From Phycisphaerae bacterium (GTDB lineage: Bacteria > Planctomycetota > Phycisphaerae > UBA1845): 64,000 bases of DNA. The position numbers and the translations under genes were made by a program. Under the pieces are notes generated by a model that saw only the letters and a list, made by a program, of their open reading frames with translations, was not told where the DNA came from and searched no databases. The DNA lies in NCBI GenBank assembly GCA_963666835.2, contig CAXXGO010000001.1:1472001-1536000 (forward strand), given 5' to 3'. This document shows positions 10,037 to 19,242 of this stretch, piece by piece; position 1 is the stretch's first letter, and the number at the start of each line of letters is the position of its first letter.

Positions 10037-10375
10037 TCAGGATACGTTTAGGTCTCCGAAATAGACTCCGTAGAAATCGTTTTCCGAGTCATCGATGATT
10101 TTCATCACGCGCCAATCCACTTCATCGCCTTCGTAACCCTTGTTTCGCGATGATGTATATCCTTTCGGAAGAAGCGAAGAATCGCCGAACACAATCTTCC
10201 CCAGCATCATCTCAGGCGGCATGTCGATATGGATAGGAGACTCAAGAAGTATTTGGTGCTCCTCGCCGTTAAGTACATCGATGCGTACGGATAGGACAAG
10301 CCTATTGTTATTGTATTCAACGACTCGAAGAAGTGAGTCGTCGGCGTCATCCGCAAGCACGTCTGTCAGGTCCAT
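10037..10375 (-). CDS. Candidate cognate immunity protein of the full-length Rhs
   Basis: 112-aa acidic ORF; GGAGG RBS; start overlaps the Rhs stop. Confidence 0.8.
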   Translation of the reverse strand: MDLTDVLADDADDSLLRVVEYNNNRLVLSVRIDVLNGEEHQILLESPIHIDMPPEMMLGKIVFGDSSLLPKGYTSSRNKGYEGDEVDWRVMKIIDDSENDFYGVYFGDLNVS

Positions 10376-13300
10376 GTCTGTCCTCCTAGTAATAGGTCGG
10401 AGCCCGGAGGTAAGTGTGGATCCCCGCCTCCAGGTGGAGGCACATGTCGGTCAATGTCTCTATTGCCGGGGCCGTGTGGCCTGTTGTGATGATAATGGGG
10501 ACCCTCTCGGTAGGGATTGCGTGGGAAGTTGGGATTGGTGTGCGGATGACCGGGGTGATACTCATATATTTTCTTTCCGTAGATCGGCCTGCCCTTTGGG
10601 TCGAGACCTTTGAATTCGCGCCATGTGTGCTTCCCATTGGAGCCTTTCACTCGCTGCAGGCCTCGTGGTTTGAAGTTCTTCGGATTGTGAGGAAATGTCT
10701 TATGTCTCCGGGTTTTCTTCGTTGCCGTTTTTGCTGCCTTTTTTGTTTCTTCCTTCGCACCTTTAATGAACGCCTTCGCGCCCTGTTTGCCAATTGCTTT
10801 GGCAGCACCGGCGACGCCGATGGCCGTTCCGGCGGCGGTTATGATCCCGCCGGCTGTTGACGCGGCTGCGTCACGGTTGTCGGAGTCGAAGGTCGTTCCG
10901 CCGACGGAATCAATCAACCCGGCGGTGACCTCGCTGGCGATCGCGTCCGCCGTGCCGTGGGTGCGGTCCGAGTTGCTTCTGGCGAACTCGTCCAGGGCCG
11001 CGTCGTAAACGCCCTCCGGCGGATCCCAGTAGCCGGTTATAAACCAGTCGAGCGGCCCGAGCCCGTACGGATCCAGCATCACCCACGGGTCGTTTCCGAC
11101 GTACGAGTAGCCGTTGCCCAGTTCCAGTGGGTCGGTCCAGATTCCGATTCGGTCGCGGGTTGTGAACCGCCCGGCGATGGGGTCGAGGTACCTCGTACGG
11201 TAATAGTATAACCCGGTTTCAGGGTCGATGCGACGACCCGTGAACAGATACGGGTTGCCGATCGCCGAGACTTGCTGGTGCGTGGGCTGACCGTTGTGGT
11301 CGAGATACTCCGGACTGCCAAAGTCGCCGTATTCGTAACGTTCGACCACCACGCCGCTTGCGTCGGTCACGGCCACGACGTTGTACATGTCGTCGGTGTG
11401 GAAGAAGTAGTCCTCGGGCGTGCCGTCGCCGTTGACGTCCCGACGCATACTCAACACTTCATCGATGTAATCCCCGTAGACGTACGTAGCCAGGGTTGCC
11501 CCGGTCTCGTCCTGCTCTTCGATAACCCGCCAGCCGTCGTAGAAGTAGCGGACCTCCTTCCGATGCGCTCCGAGCGCGTCGGTGATCTTCGCAATCCTCC
11601 GGCCGAGAGCGTCGTAGAGGTACCGGTGCGTCTGCCCGGTGCGGAGGTCCTCGTACCGCACCATCTGATTGTGGAAATCGTACGTCAGTAAGGCGCGCAT
11701 GCTCGGGCAGGTTGCCCCGGCGGATGACGAAGCGGCGGCTGCCTCTCCGCACGGTGCCGCGGGCGTGCCGGGGTCGTAAGGGTACGGCTCGCCGCCGAAG
11801 GCCTGGACGAGGAGCAGAACGTCGGACATGTTGACGACGCGGTTGGGCCCCTCGTTATGCACATCCACCCATTCATCCGGCGGGGCGATGGGGTCGTTTG
11901 CGAACGCCTGCATACAGGCCATCAGGTCGTTCATGCTCATGTTGCCCTCGGGTGCCATCCACTGGCCCTCGACGAACGACCCGACGCAGTCACCCCAGAA
12001 CTTCACTCCGGGCCTGGCACAGGTGTTGACTTCAAACGGCTCGGAGATGCTGATCTCGTTGTACGCCCGGATCTCGAAGGTCGACTCCGGACCGATCGCG
12101 CAGTCGTAGACGTGAATGACCGGCTCATCCCAGACGCGGATCACCGGCGTCGAGCCCAGCGGGTAATAGCCGTCGACGGCCCCGTCGTCGCCGTCGTTGC
12201 CGACCCACTTGACCATCCCGACGGCGTCGGGGAAGTAGGTGTTCGCGGTCATCTCGACCCGAAACGCCACCGGCTCACCCGCGTTCTGCGGATCGAACGA
12301 CAGATACCGGTTCTTCGGCGCATCATCCGGCGCGGCCGGCGAGGCAGGCGGCTCGACAGTCGGCGCGATTATAGCCGTGAGGTTGCCGTGGAGATCGTAG
12401 AACCGCGCGTCAAGCGGCGTGAGCGTATACTGATTACTCTGACAATCACCCGGCTCGGGTAGCGTAGGGTCACAGGAATAGGCCCCGCCGCACGCGTCCC
12501 CGGTAACGGCCGACCGATTACCCACCCCGTCAAGAGAGAACTCGGTCTCCCGAACGACGCTGGGCAGGGGGGTACTTACGTCAACACCTCGCAGGCGATC
12601 GAGGGCATCGTAGGCGAGATCGTGCGTATACTGACGACCGCCGGACCGGACGTCTTTCCGCTGCCTTTTGTTGCCGGCCTGATCCCACGTGAACGTCCGC
12701 TCATCGACGATCCCCCCGGTCGGCGTCCACGAGTGCTTGGCGCGGACGATCTGCTTGACGCCGAAGTCGTCGGCCGGATTGGGTACTCCGATTATGCCGT
12801 CGTACTCGAAGTCGCTCTGCGTGCCGTTTCGGAAGGTCCGGCGCTCGAGCCGGTCGAAGCCTATGTAGTCGTGAACGGCAAGTTCTCCGAACTCGTCCGC
12901 AACGCTATTCAGGCGGTCGAGTTCGTCGAACGTAGCCGTGATGGTCCTCCCGCCGGGGTATACGATCGACTGCCGGTTACGCATCCCGTCGTGGGTCGCG
13001 GTGCGCGTTCCGCTGGTCTGGAACCCACCCGCATCAATTGTCAGGGTTTCGTCGACGACGTTCCCAAGCGAGTCAAACGTCCGGGTGACAACGGAATCGT
13101 CATCCTCGGCGTGAACGAGTCGGGAAAGCCCGTCGTAACGGTAAACCTCTACCGTGGTATCGTCCGACACCCCCGGCCCGGGAGTGATTTCGGCGCGGAC
13201 GAGTCGGTTAACCAGGTCGCGCGTAAGAGCCACCGTACTGCCGGAGGCGTACGTGCGAAGGACCGTTCTGCTGAAGACGTCGTATCCGGGGGTGAAGGAA

Positions 13301-16300
13301 CTTAAGTCCGGCTCGGCTTGCCCCAAAGGCCAGACCGCTCCGGAGCCGATCTGGTGAACCGTGCCGTCGGCCATCTGTACGGCGAACTGGCGGTTGAGCG
13401 CGTCAAACGCATAACGGGTGGTGTTCCCGGCGTCATCGGTTCTGGCCGTCAGGCGTGACGAGTCGTCCCAGGTCTGGCCGATGACGATGTCGTCGCCGTT
13501 CCCGTCGGCTCCGTCGCCGTCGAGGTCGTGAATCATCTCCACGAGGCGATCCAACCCATCGAACCGGTAGCGCGACTCATGATCCAGGCCGTCGACCAGC
13601 CGGGTCAGGTTGTAGCGCGAATCGTAGAACTCGTGAATCGTGCTGCCGGATTCGTCAGTGACGCCGGTCAGCCGATCGAGATTGTCGTAGCTGTATGTGG
13701 TCAGGAACGGCTGGTCACTCTCGCCGAGATCAGACTTATCCAACTCGGTGAGACTCGTGACGTTAGAGTTGGCGTCGTAACCGAAGGTGGTTGTGCTTCC
13801 CTTGGCGTCGGTGATGACCTCCAGGCGGCCGGCGGTGTCGTAGCCGGCCTGGCCGATGTGCCCGTTGTCATCCTCGACCGCGATGAGGTTCCAGTCTTCG
13901 TCATAGCAGAACAACCGCGTCGCGAGTCCGTCGCCGATGTCGTCCCCTTCGGGATCGAAGAAGTCGGTGTTGATGCGGACCAGCCGGTCCACCTCGTCGT
14001 AAACGAACGACCTGCTCAGGAGCAGGGAGTTGCTGCCGGAGACACCCTCGATTCGTTCGCCGTAGACCCTCGCCGAGGTTGGGTTACCGTTATCGTCGTA
14101 GACTATCTCCGCAGTGTTGCCCTCGGGGTCGCTGATGTCGGTGAGGCGACCGTACGGGTCGTACGAGAAGTCGTGAACGTGCGGGACGCCCTCCAAACCG
14201 GTGATGACGCGGATCGGGTCTTTGTCGACGTTGAAGTCGATTCGGGCGCTGGATTGCTCCGAATCGCCCTCGGCCCGCACGAAGCGAAGCGGTAGCCCGC
14301 GCTCGTCGTGGTAAAGCCGCAGGGTGTTGTTCGGCTGACGCCCTTCGACCGCTTCGCCCAGGCGGACAAGCGTTTTTTGGCCGTTCTTGTTGTATTCATA
14401 CTCCGTAAAGACGAACTCGGATTCCGGCAGGCCGTCGCACGACGGCTGGTCCGGCGTTCCCGGAATCGCCCCGGTGTAGCTGCCGGTTTCTCCGCACACC
14501 CGCGTTACACGATCGAGGGCGTTATGTTCGAAGATCGTCGTGAAGTGCGTGTTCGGTTGGATAACGCCTTCGTCATCGATGTTCTGCACGTCGATGCGCA
14601 CAAGGTTGTTGTTCGCATCGTAGAACACGTCGGTTTGGTAGTAGACGCCGCTTCCGTCGGAGACTTCGGCAGAGATCTCCCGAACCACCTGGTCCAACTC
14701 GTTGACGATATACTCGGTGCTGTGCTGACGCGGGTCCGTCACTCGGGTGACGTTGCCGGCGCCATCGTATTCATAGCACGTAGCCAACCCCAGATTGTCC
14801 GCGTCGACCGTAACGCAGTGCAGATACCCGTTCATGGGGCCGCTGTCGTGATAGGTCAAGGTATCGACGCGACCGGTCGGGCCCACATAGCGCTGAAGTT
14901 GCCCGAAGCTGTTGTACTCCCATGAGTGCTCGATAGTCTGGGTGCCGCCGCCGCAAACTCCGACTGTAACCGGGGGAAGCGTAGTGTGCGTGCGGTCTCC
15001 CGTTGCCGGATCGTAATCGTGCGTGGTCAGGTTCCCCCGGCGATCCCAGTAATGGGTGACGAATTGCGAGCCGCCACCTCGACCGCCGCCGAATCCGTCC
15101 AAGTACTCGAAGCGTTCAACGATCGGATCGTCAGTGATCACGGGTTCATACGTTCGGCTCAGTACGTTGCCCCGGGCACGGGGGTTCTCGTTGTCCTGAT
15201 CGAATTCGGTAAGAACGGAGCTGCCCTCCGAATGGCGAGTGTAGGGGGCTTGCGAGTGGGCGTTCCAGACGTTCCAAGTGTCGTAGTACGAGAGATCGGT
15301 GTCGCGCAGCCGGATGCCCGGGCGGTTGTCAGTCAGCGTGGTCGGTAGGGTGGGATCTGCCCGGCCGGTATACTCACGCCTAAGGGTCATCCGGTGCCCC
15401 GCGTCGAAATACTGATGCTCGACGTTGCCCATCCGGTCGTTGATGATCGTGAGCGTCGAGGCCAGCCCGTTGGTGTAATCCGGGGTCTGGGGTATGTAGA
15501 CGTAGCTGATGATGTCTCCGTCGAGGTTCTCTTGAATCACGCGGTCGACGCTCGAACTGCCCGTGTCGTTGTCGTAGGTCGTTATCGAGTATTCCTGCCC
15601 CTTCCCGTCGAAGATCGAGATCAGGTTGTGGTTAAGCCGGTCGTCGGCGAAGCCAGTCGAGTAGGTGTAGCCGACGATCTTGCCGATCGGGAAGTCGTTC
15701 CCGGTCGGTGTTCCGGTAACGGTGGGCGAGATGACCGCGGCCAGATCCCCGTAGGAGCCGCTGGCATGCCCGTCCGGGTAGTATTCGTATTGCACCTGGC
15801 GGCCGAGGAAGTCCGTTACACTCTGCAGAAACCCGTTGCAGTTGTAGGCGAACGTGATCTGCCGACCGAGAGTATCGAGCACGGAAACCAGCCGTCCCGT
15901 TGCGGGGTCGTACGTGAAGGTCATCTCATTGCCGTGGCGGTCCGCCATCGCGATGATCTTCCCCGCGGTCGGTGATCCGTTTAACGGAGCGAACGTCCAT
16001 AGATCGCCGTCGTCGTGATGCATGACGAAAGTACCGTTCGTCTCGTGTACGATTATCGCGAAGTACTCATTGCGTTCGTACCAGTCTTTGACGTGATTGA
16101 GTTGAAAGACGTCGCGACGATGATCGCCGGCGTAGAAAGTCAGCTCGCTGCCGCCTTCTATCGCCACGCGCATGTTGTACGACATATCCCAGTTGTTGCC
16201 TTGCACAGTCTGGGTCTCGGCGCGGCTTCGATAGGTCCGGCGCAGGACGAAATCGAGCCCCCGTCCTGGGATGTACAGGTCCTCTACCTCCTCGACCCGC

Positions 16301-17133
16301 TCTCCGGAGGAATGATATACACCCGAGATCTGCTCGTTTCCGCGCGGGGGGTCGCCGTCACAATCCTCTCGCTGACTGCAGTCAACCGGAGCGGGGCAGG
16401 CCATCGTGTCGCAAGATGATCCATCCCCTTGGTAGTTTCCGCCGTTTGCATCGCACCACGAGCCTGACGCGCTCTCGCAAGTGCCGTCCGGCATGCAGCA
16501 CGCGCCTCCGCAGGGCGAGTCGAGACATGTGACATAGGGGTGATACTCGCCGCCTCCTTCCTCGCAGGCCACTTCGGGGACCCCGCTTCTGCACTCCGTC
16601 GGGTAGCAGCAAGAGCCCTGGCTGCACGGCGTTGCGGCGCAACTTGGCACTGGGTTGTCTCCGACACCAAGCCAACGACCTCCTTCTTCCTCGCAAAGGG
16701 GGCGGTTCATTTGCACGCATGTCTTTCGACAGCCGCGATACCCGGCGCAGGGCTCATCGGTCTGTTGGTCACAAGACTGGGACAGGTCCGACACGCATCG
16801 ATCCACGCAACAAGCCATCGGAAAGCACGCCGCCAGGGCATCGCCTTCGCAGAAGGTGTTGTCGCCCAGGTACGCTCCGGCCGCGGCGCAGTCGGCTTCG
16901 CTCATCTCCGCACAACTGTAGTCCGGCAGGCAGCAGGCTCCCGTGACCTCTCGTGTGCCGGCGACGTTCGTGTCCGCCGGGGCGGCTACGGCCGGGTCGA
17001 TCTTACCGCCGGCCTCTGCTGTCGATTCAGAGATAATGCCGCCGGTCTCGCCCGGCGAGACCACGGCCTGCCCGAACCACGTTGAGCCACAGAACCACAG
17101 GAACATAAGCAGACAGGTGCTTTGAAATGCCAT
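10366..17133 (-). CDS. Full-length Rhs/YD-repeat polymorphic toxin with signal peptide, Cys-rich repeats and internal dockerin-like domain
   Basis: AAAGGAGA RBS; hydrophobic N-terminus; GACC repeats; DL.IPGRG.DF..RRTYRS; many YD..G.L repeats; core NPYLFTGRRIDPETGLYYYR.RY..DPYGL; His-rich basic CT. Confidence 0.95.
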   Translation of the reverse strand: MAFQSTCLLMFLWFCGSTWFGQAVVSPGETGGIISESTAEAGGKIDPAVAAPADTNVAGTREVTGACCLPDYSCAEMSEADCAAAGAYLGDNTFCEGDALAACFPMACCVDRCVSDLSQSCDQQTDEPCAGYRGCRKTCVQMNRPLCEEEGGRWLGVGDNPVPSCAATPCSQGSCCYPTECRSGVPEVACEEGGGEYHPYVTCLDSPCGGACCMPDGTCESASGSWCDANGGNYQGDGSSCDTMACPAPVDCSQREDCDGDPPRGNEQISGVYHSSGERVEEVEDLYIPGRGLDFVLRRTYRSRAETQTVQGNNWDMSYNMRVAIEGGSELTFYAGDHRRDVFQLNHVKDWYERNEYFAIIVHETNGTFVMHHDDGDLWTFAPLNGSPTAGKIIAMADRHGNEMTFTYDPATGRLVSVLDTLGRQITFAYNCNGFLQSVTDFLGRQVQYEYYPDGHASGSYGDLAAVISPTVTGTPTGNDFPIGKIVGYTYSTGFADDRLNHNLISIFDGKGQEYSITTYDNDTGSSSVDRVIQENLDGDIISYVYIPQTPDYTNGLASTLTIINDRMGNVEHQYFDAGHRMTLRREYTGRADPTLPTTLTDNRPGIRLRDTDLSYYDTWNVWNAHSQAPYTRHSEGSSVLTEFDQDNENPRARGNVLSRTYEPVITDDPIVERFEYLDGFGGGRGGGSQFVTHYWDRRGNLTTHDYDPATGDRTHTTLPPVTVGVCGGGTQTIEHSWEYNSFGQLQRYVGPTGRVDTLTYHDSGPMNGYLHCVTVDADNLGLATCYEYDGAGNVTRVTDPRQHSTEYIVNELDQVVREISAEVSDGSGVYYQTDVFYDANNNLVRIDVQNIDDEGVIQPNTHFTTIFEHNALDRVTRVCGETGSYTGAIPGTPDQPSCDGLPESEFVFTEYEYNKNGQKTLVRLGEAVEGRQPNNTLRLYHDERGLPLRFVRAEGDSEQSSARIDFNVDKDPIRVITGLEGVPHVHDFSYDPYGRLTDISDPEGNTAEIVYDDNGNPTSARVYGERIEGVSGSNSLLLSRSFVYDEVDRLVRINTDFFDPEGDDIGDGLATRLFCYDEDWNLIAVEDDNGHIGQAGYDTAGRLEVITDAKGSTTTFGYDANSNVTSLTELDKSDLGESDQPFLTTYSYDNLDRLTGVTDESGSTIHEFYDSRYNLTRLVDGLDHESRYRFDGLDRLVEMIHDLDGDGADGNGDDIVIGQTWDDSSRLTARTDDAGNTTRYAFDALNRQFAVQMADGTVHQIGSGAVWPLGQAEPDLSSFTPGYDVFSRTVLRTYASGSTVALTRDLVNRLVRAEITPGPGVSDDTTVEVYRYDGLSRLVHAEDDDSVVTRTFDSLGNVVDETLTIDAGGFQTSGTRTATHDGMRNRQSIVYPGGRTITATFDELDRLNSVADEFGELAVHDYIGFDRLERRTFRNGTQSDFEYDGIIGVPNPADDFGVKQIVRAKHSWTPTGGIVDERTFTWDQAGNKRQRKDVRSGGRQYTHDLAYDALDRLRGVDVSTPLPSVVRETEFSLDGVGNRSAVTGDACGGAYSCDPTLPEPGDCQSNQYTLTPLDARFYDLHGNLTAIIAPTVEPPASPAAPDDAPKNRYLSFDPQNAGEPVAFRVEMTANTYFPDAVGMVKWVGNDGDDGAVDGYYPLGSTPVIRVWDEPVIHVYDCAIGPESTFEIRAYNEISISEPFEVNTCARPGVKFWGDCVGSFVEGQWMAPEGNMSMNDLMACMQAFANDPIAPPDEWVDVHNEGPNRVVNMSDVLLLVQAFGGEPYPYDPGTPAAPCGEAAAASSSAGATCPSMRALLTYDFHNQMVRYEDLRTGQTHRYLYDALGRRIAKITDALGAHRKEVRYFYDGWRVIEEQDETGATLATYVYGDYIDEVLSMRRDVNGDGTPEDYFFHTDDMYNVVAVTDASGVVVERYEYGDFGSPEYLDHNGQPTHQQVSAIGNPYLFTGRRIDPETGLYYYRTRYLDPIAGRFTTRDRIGIWTDPLELGNGYSYVGNDPWVMLDPYGLGPLDWFITGYWDPPEGVYDAALDEFARSNSDRTHGTADAIASEVTAGLIDSVGGTTFDSDNRDAAASTAGGIITAAGTAIGVAGAAKAIGKQGAKAFIKGAKEETKKAAKTATKKTRRHKTFPHNPKNFKPRGLQRVKGSNGKHTWREFKGLDPKGRPIYGKKIYEYHPGHPHTNPNFPRNPYREGPHYHHNRPHGPGNRDIDRHVPPPGGGDPHLPPGSDLLLGGQTWT

Positions 17134-17640
17134 CGATCACTTCTCCTTTCCGCGGCGCGGGGCGTATCCCGCCCCGGCGCATCCGTTCGACCGAAACTGA
17201 AATGTCCATTGCGAAAGGCCGGCTGCCTGAAGTGCTTTGCATCTTCCAGCGTCCCGACCCTCCACATTGGAAGTGTGTCGAATCCTACTGCACTAGCCGA
17301 TAGCCTGTCAAGTGCCTCTTATGTCACCTACTTGGGTGATACTGCACGGAGGATGTGTTCCATGTGTAGGACATTGTTGGAGGTTTTGTAGGCTATTGAG
17401 GTGAATGGGCGAGGGTGGAGGCTATTCGGGTAAGTGGCAGCGATGGCAGGCTACACAGTTGAATGGGGAAGGGTGTGGTACCGGTGCCGGACGGCGCGCC
17501 GCAGCCCTGCGAGTCGGCGTCGGATGCCACTATCGTGACATAGGAAGAGCTGCTCCCATGACACGTGATGCGGTGCCTGCAGGTTCTGTCGCTCAGCTCG
17601 TAGACGTGGGGCAATGTCTGCAGGTCTTGTTGCTCAGTTC

Positions 17641-17937
17641 GTAGGGCAGGTCGAGGTACGAGACCGGCCGCAACGACGATTGCCGCGCAAAGACCCGCCG
17701 CTATGGCGCCCGCTACGCAAGGACCCGCCCACATGTCGGCATCATGCGATGCCACGGGCCGACAAGTTGGCCAATGCCACCCGTGTGGCCCCCTTCGCAG
17801 GGCAGGTCGATGACCTGTGCTTCTGCGGACCTTGTCGCTCAGAGCGATTGGGAATCGTCAGTCGCCCGAAGGAAGAAGCGTATCCGTGCCGATCCTGCGC
17901 CGGGCACGGCCACACAAGTGTGGGCCATGGCACCCGC
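17641..17937. repeat. Degenerate REP elements (GTAGGGCAGGTCGAGGTACGAGACC at 17641; GGCACGGCCACACAAGTGTGGGCCATGGCACCC at ~17903)
   Basis: Similar to repeats at 24200-24272, 25509-25615 and 60560-60640. Confidence 0.6.
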
Positions 17938-18146
17938 GCGTCAAGGAGCTGCGACGGAATACGGTGCGTGGCCGGGCGAGTTCCGGCTTGGAATGTGCGG
18001 GCCGCGAAGGTACAATGGGCGCGTGGTCGGCCATAGCGAGCGGTGGGTGACACCGGCCGGGGCGGTAAGGACCGGTTCGGACATCTCGAAGAACCTGCCC
18101 CCGCAAGCCGTGACATGTTCGAGCAAATGGAGGCGTGGGAGCTAAC

Positions 18147-19166
18147 ATGACGAGCCGGGATTGCGCATTTCGAGGCGTAACGGTTCTTCTGGCGCTGTTC
18201 GGCTTGGATGCTAAGGCCGGGGCGGGTGTGAAGACGGCGACAATGTGCCCGCGCTGGGTGTCGGGGGAAACCGTGTACGTGGAGTGGCGTTGGCAAAACG
18301 TCTTGAACTTCAGTGGCGATGGGGTGCCGCAGGGCGGTCAGCGGCAGCGCCAGGACACAACGGTGGGCTACTTGCTGGACGTTGACGACGTGCCCGGCGC
18401 TGGGATGGCCTCGATAACTCTGACGATCGATCGGGTTGCCGTTGCGGCCGAGGGTTCGGCGGGCGAGAGCATGTCTTTTGATACTGATGTGGATACACGG
18501 GTCGGTGCGGCCGGGGGCCTTGATGGTGTGACCGCCGCTATGTTGGGGATGAAGCTGCGCATGGAGGTTGCTGATAATGGCCGGAAGATCGTCGTATCAG
18601 GGATGGAGGCGGTGCGGAAGAGAGTCGAGGCTCTGGACCCGGACAAGGAGGTATACGATCAAATCCGTGGCTTCCTGGATAATGAGGCGGAGCGTTTGTC
18701 CTGGGAGTACTTCTATGGGCCGTTTCCATGTACGGAGGTCGGTGAGAGCACTGTTTGGCGCAGAGACATCCGGTCGCGCAGAAAGCTGCACCGGCTGGAG
18801 TATTCGATAGATGACGTTGAAGACGCGGACGGCAAGTGTGTAGTCGATGTAGAATACTCGGGGACAAGTCGCCCACTGCCGGGTTTCGATCCGGAGCGTT
18901 GGGCAAATGGAGATGTGTTCGACTACGGGACCGCGACAATCAACGGTAATGCGATGATCGACGCAACACGGGGACAATTGGTTGCCATGTCTGATACACT
19001 GAGGGTCGTCAGCCACGCAACGCGCGTTCATCCGGAGGGCGGTCCGCCGCTCAGGACCAGCATTGCCAAGACCCGCCGGCGGACGGTATCCGTGCTAACG
19101 GAGGCCGAGCGCCGGGAGCAGAAGGCCGGCCGAAGGAACGCTAGATCGAAGAAGGCGTCAGGATGA
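18147..19166 (+). CDS. Exported hypothetical protein (DUF6263-like)
   Basis: Signal-like N-terminus; SFDTD..MEV...G...VSG.E pattern; beta-rich; family call tentative. Confidence 0.6.
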   Translation: MTSRDCAFRGVTVLLALFGLDAKAGAGVKTATMCPRWVSGETVYVEWRWQNVLNFSGDGVPQGGQRQRQDTTVGYLLDVDDVPGAGMASITLTIDRVAVAAEGSAGESMSFDTDVDTRVGAAGGLDGVTAAMLGMKLRMEVADNGRKIVVSGMEAVRKRVEALDPDKEVYDQIRGFLDNEAERLSWEYFYGPFPCTEVGESTVWRRDIRSRRKLHRLEYSIDDVEDADGKCVVDVEYSGTSRPLPGFDPERWANGDVFDYGTATINGNAMIDATRGQLVAMSDTLRVVSHATRVHPEGGPPLRTSIAKTRRRTVSVLTEAERREQKAGRRNARSKKASG

Positions 19167-19242
19167 TTCGGCGGGCGGGCGGGCGTGGCGGTATCTGCGG
19201 GATGTGGGGGGGCAAGAAGAACGTGCTGAGGTCGGTGTGCTC

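Noticed and set aside
3375..12498. Diversity-generating retroelement template/variable repeats
   Set aside because: No reverse transcriptase; differences are not adenine-specific and fit orphan Rhs homology arms
8..17085. Many long plus-strand ORFs over the Rhs locus
   Set aside because: Antisense shadows of high-GC coding sequence with no motifs; they repeat only because the Rhs DNA repeats
17393..18145. ORFs between the Rhs start and the DUF6263-like gene
   Set aside because: No recognisable protein features; region holds REP remnants and probable divergent promoters
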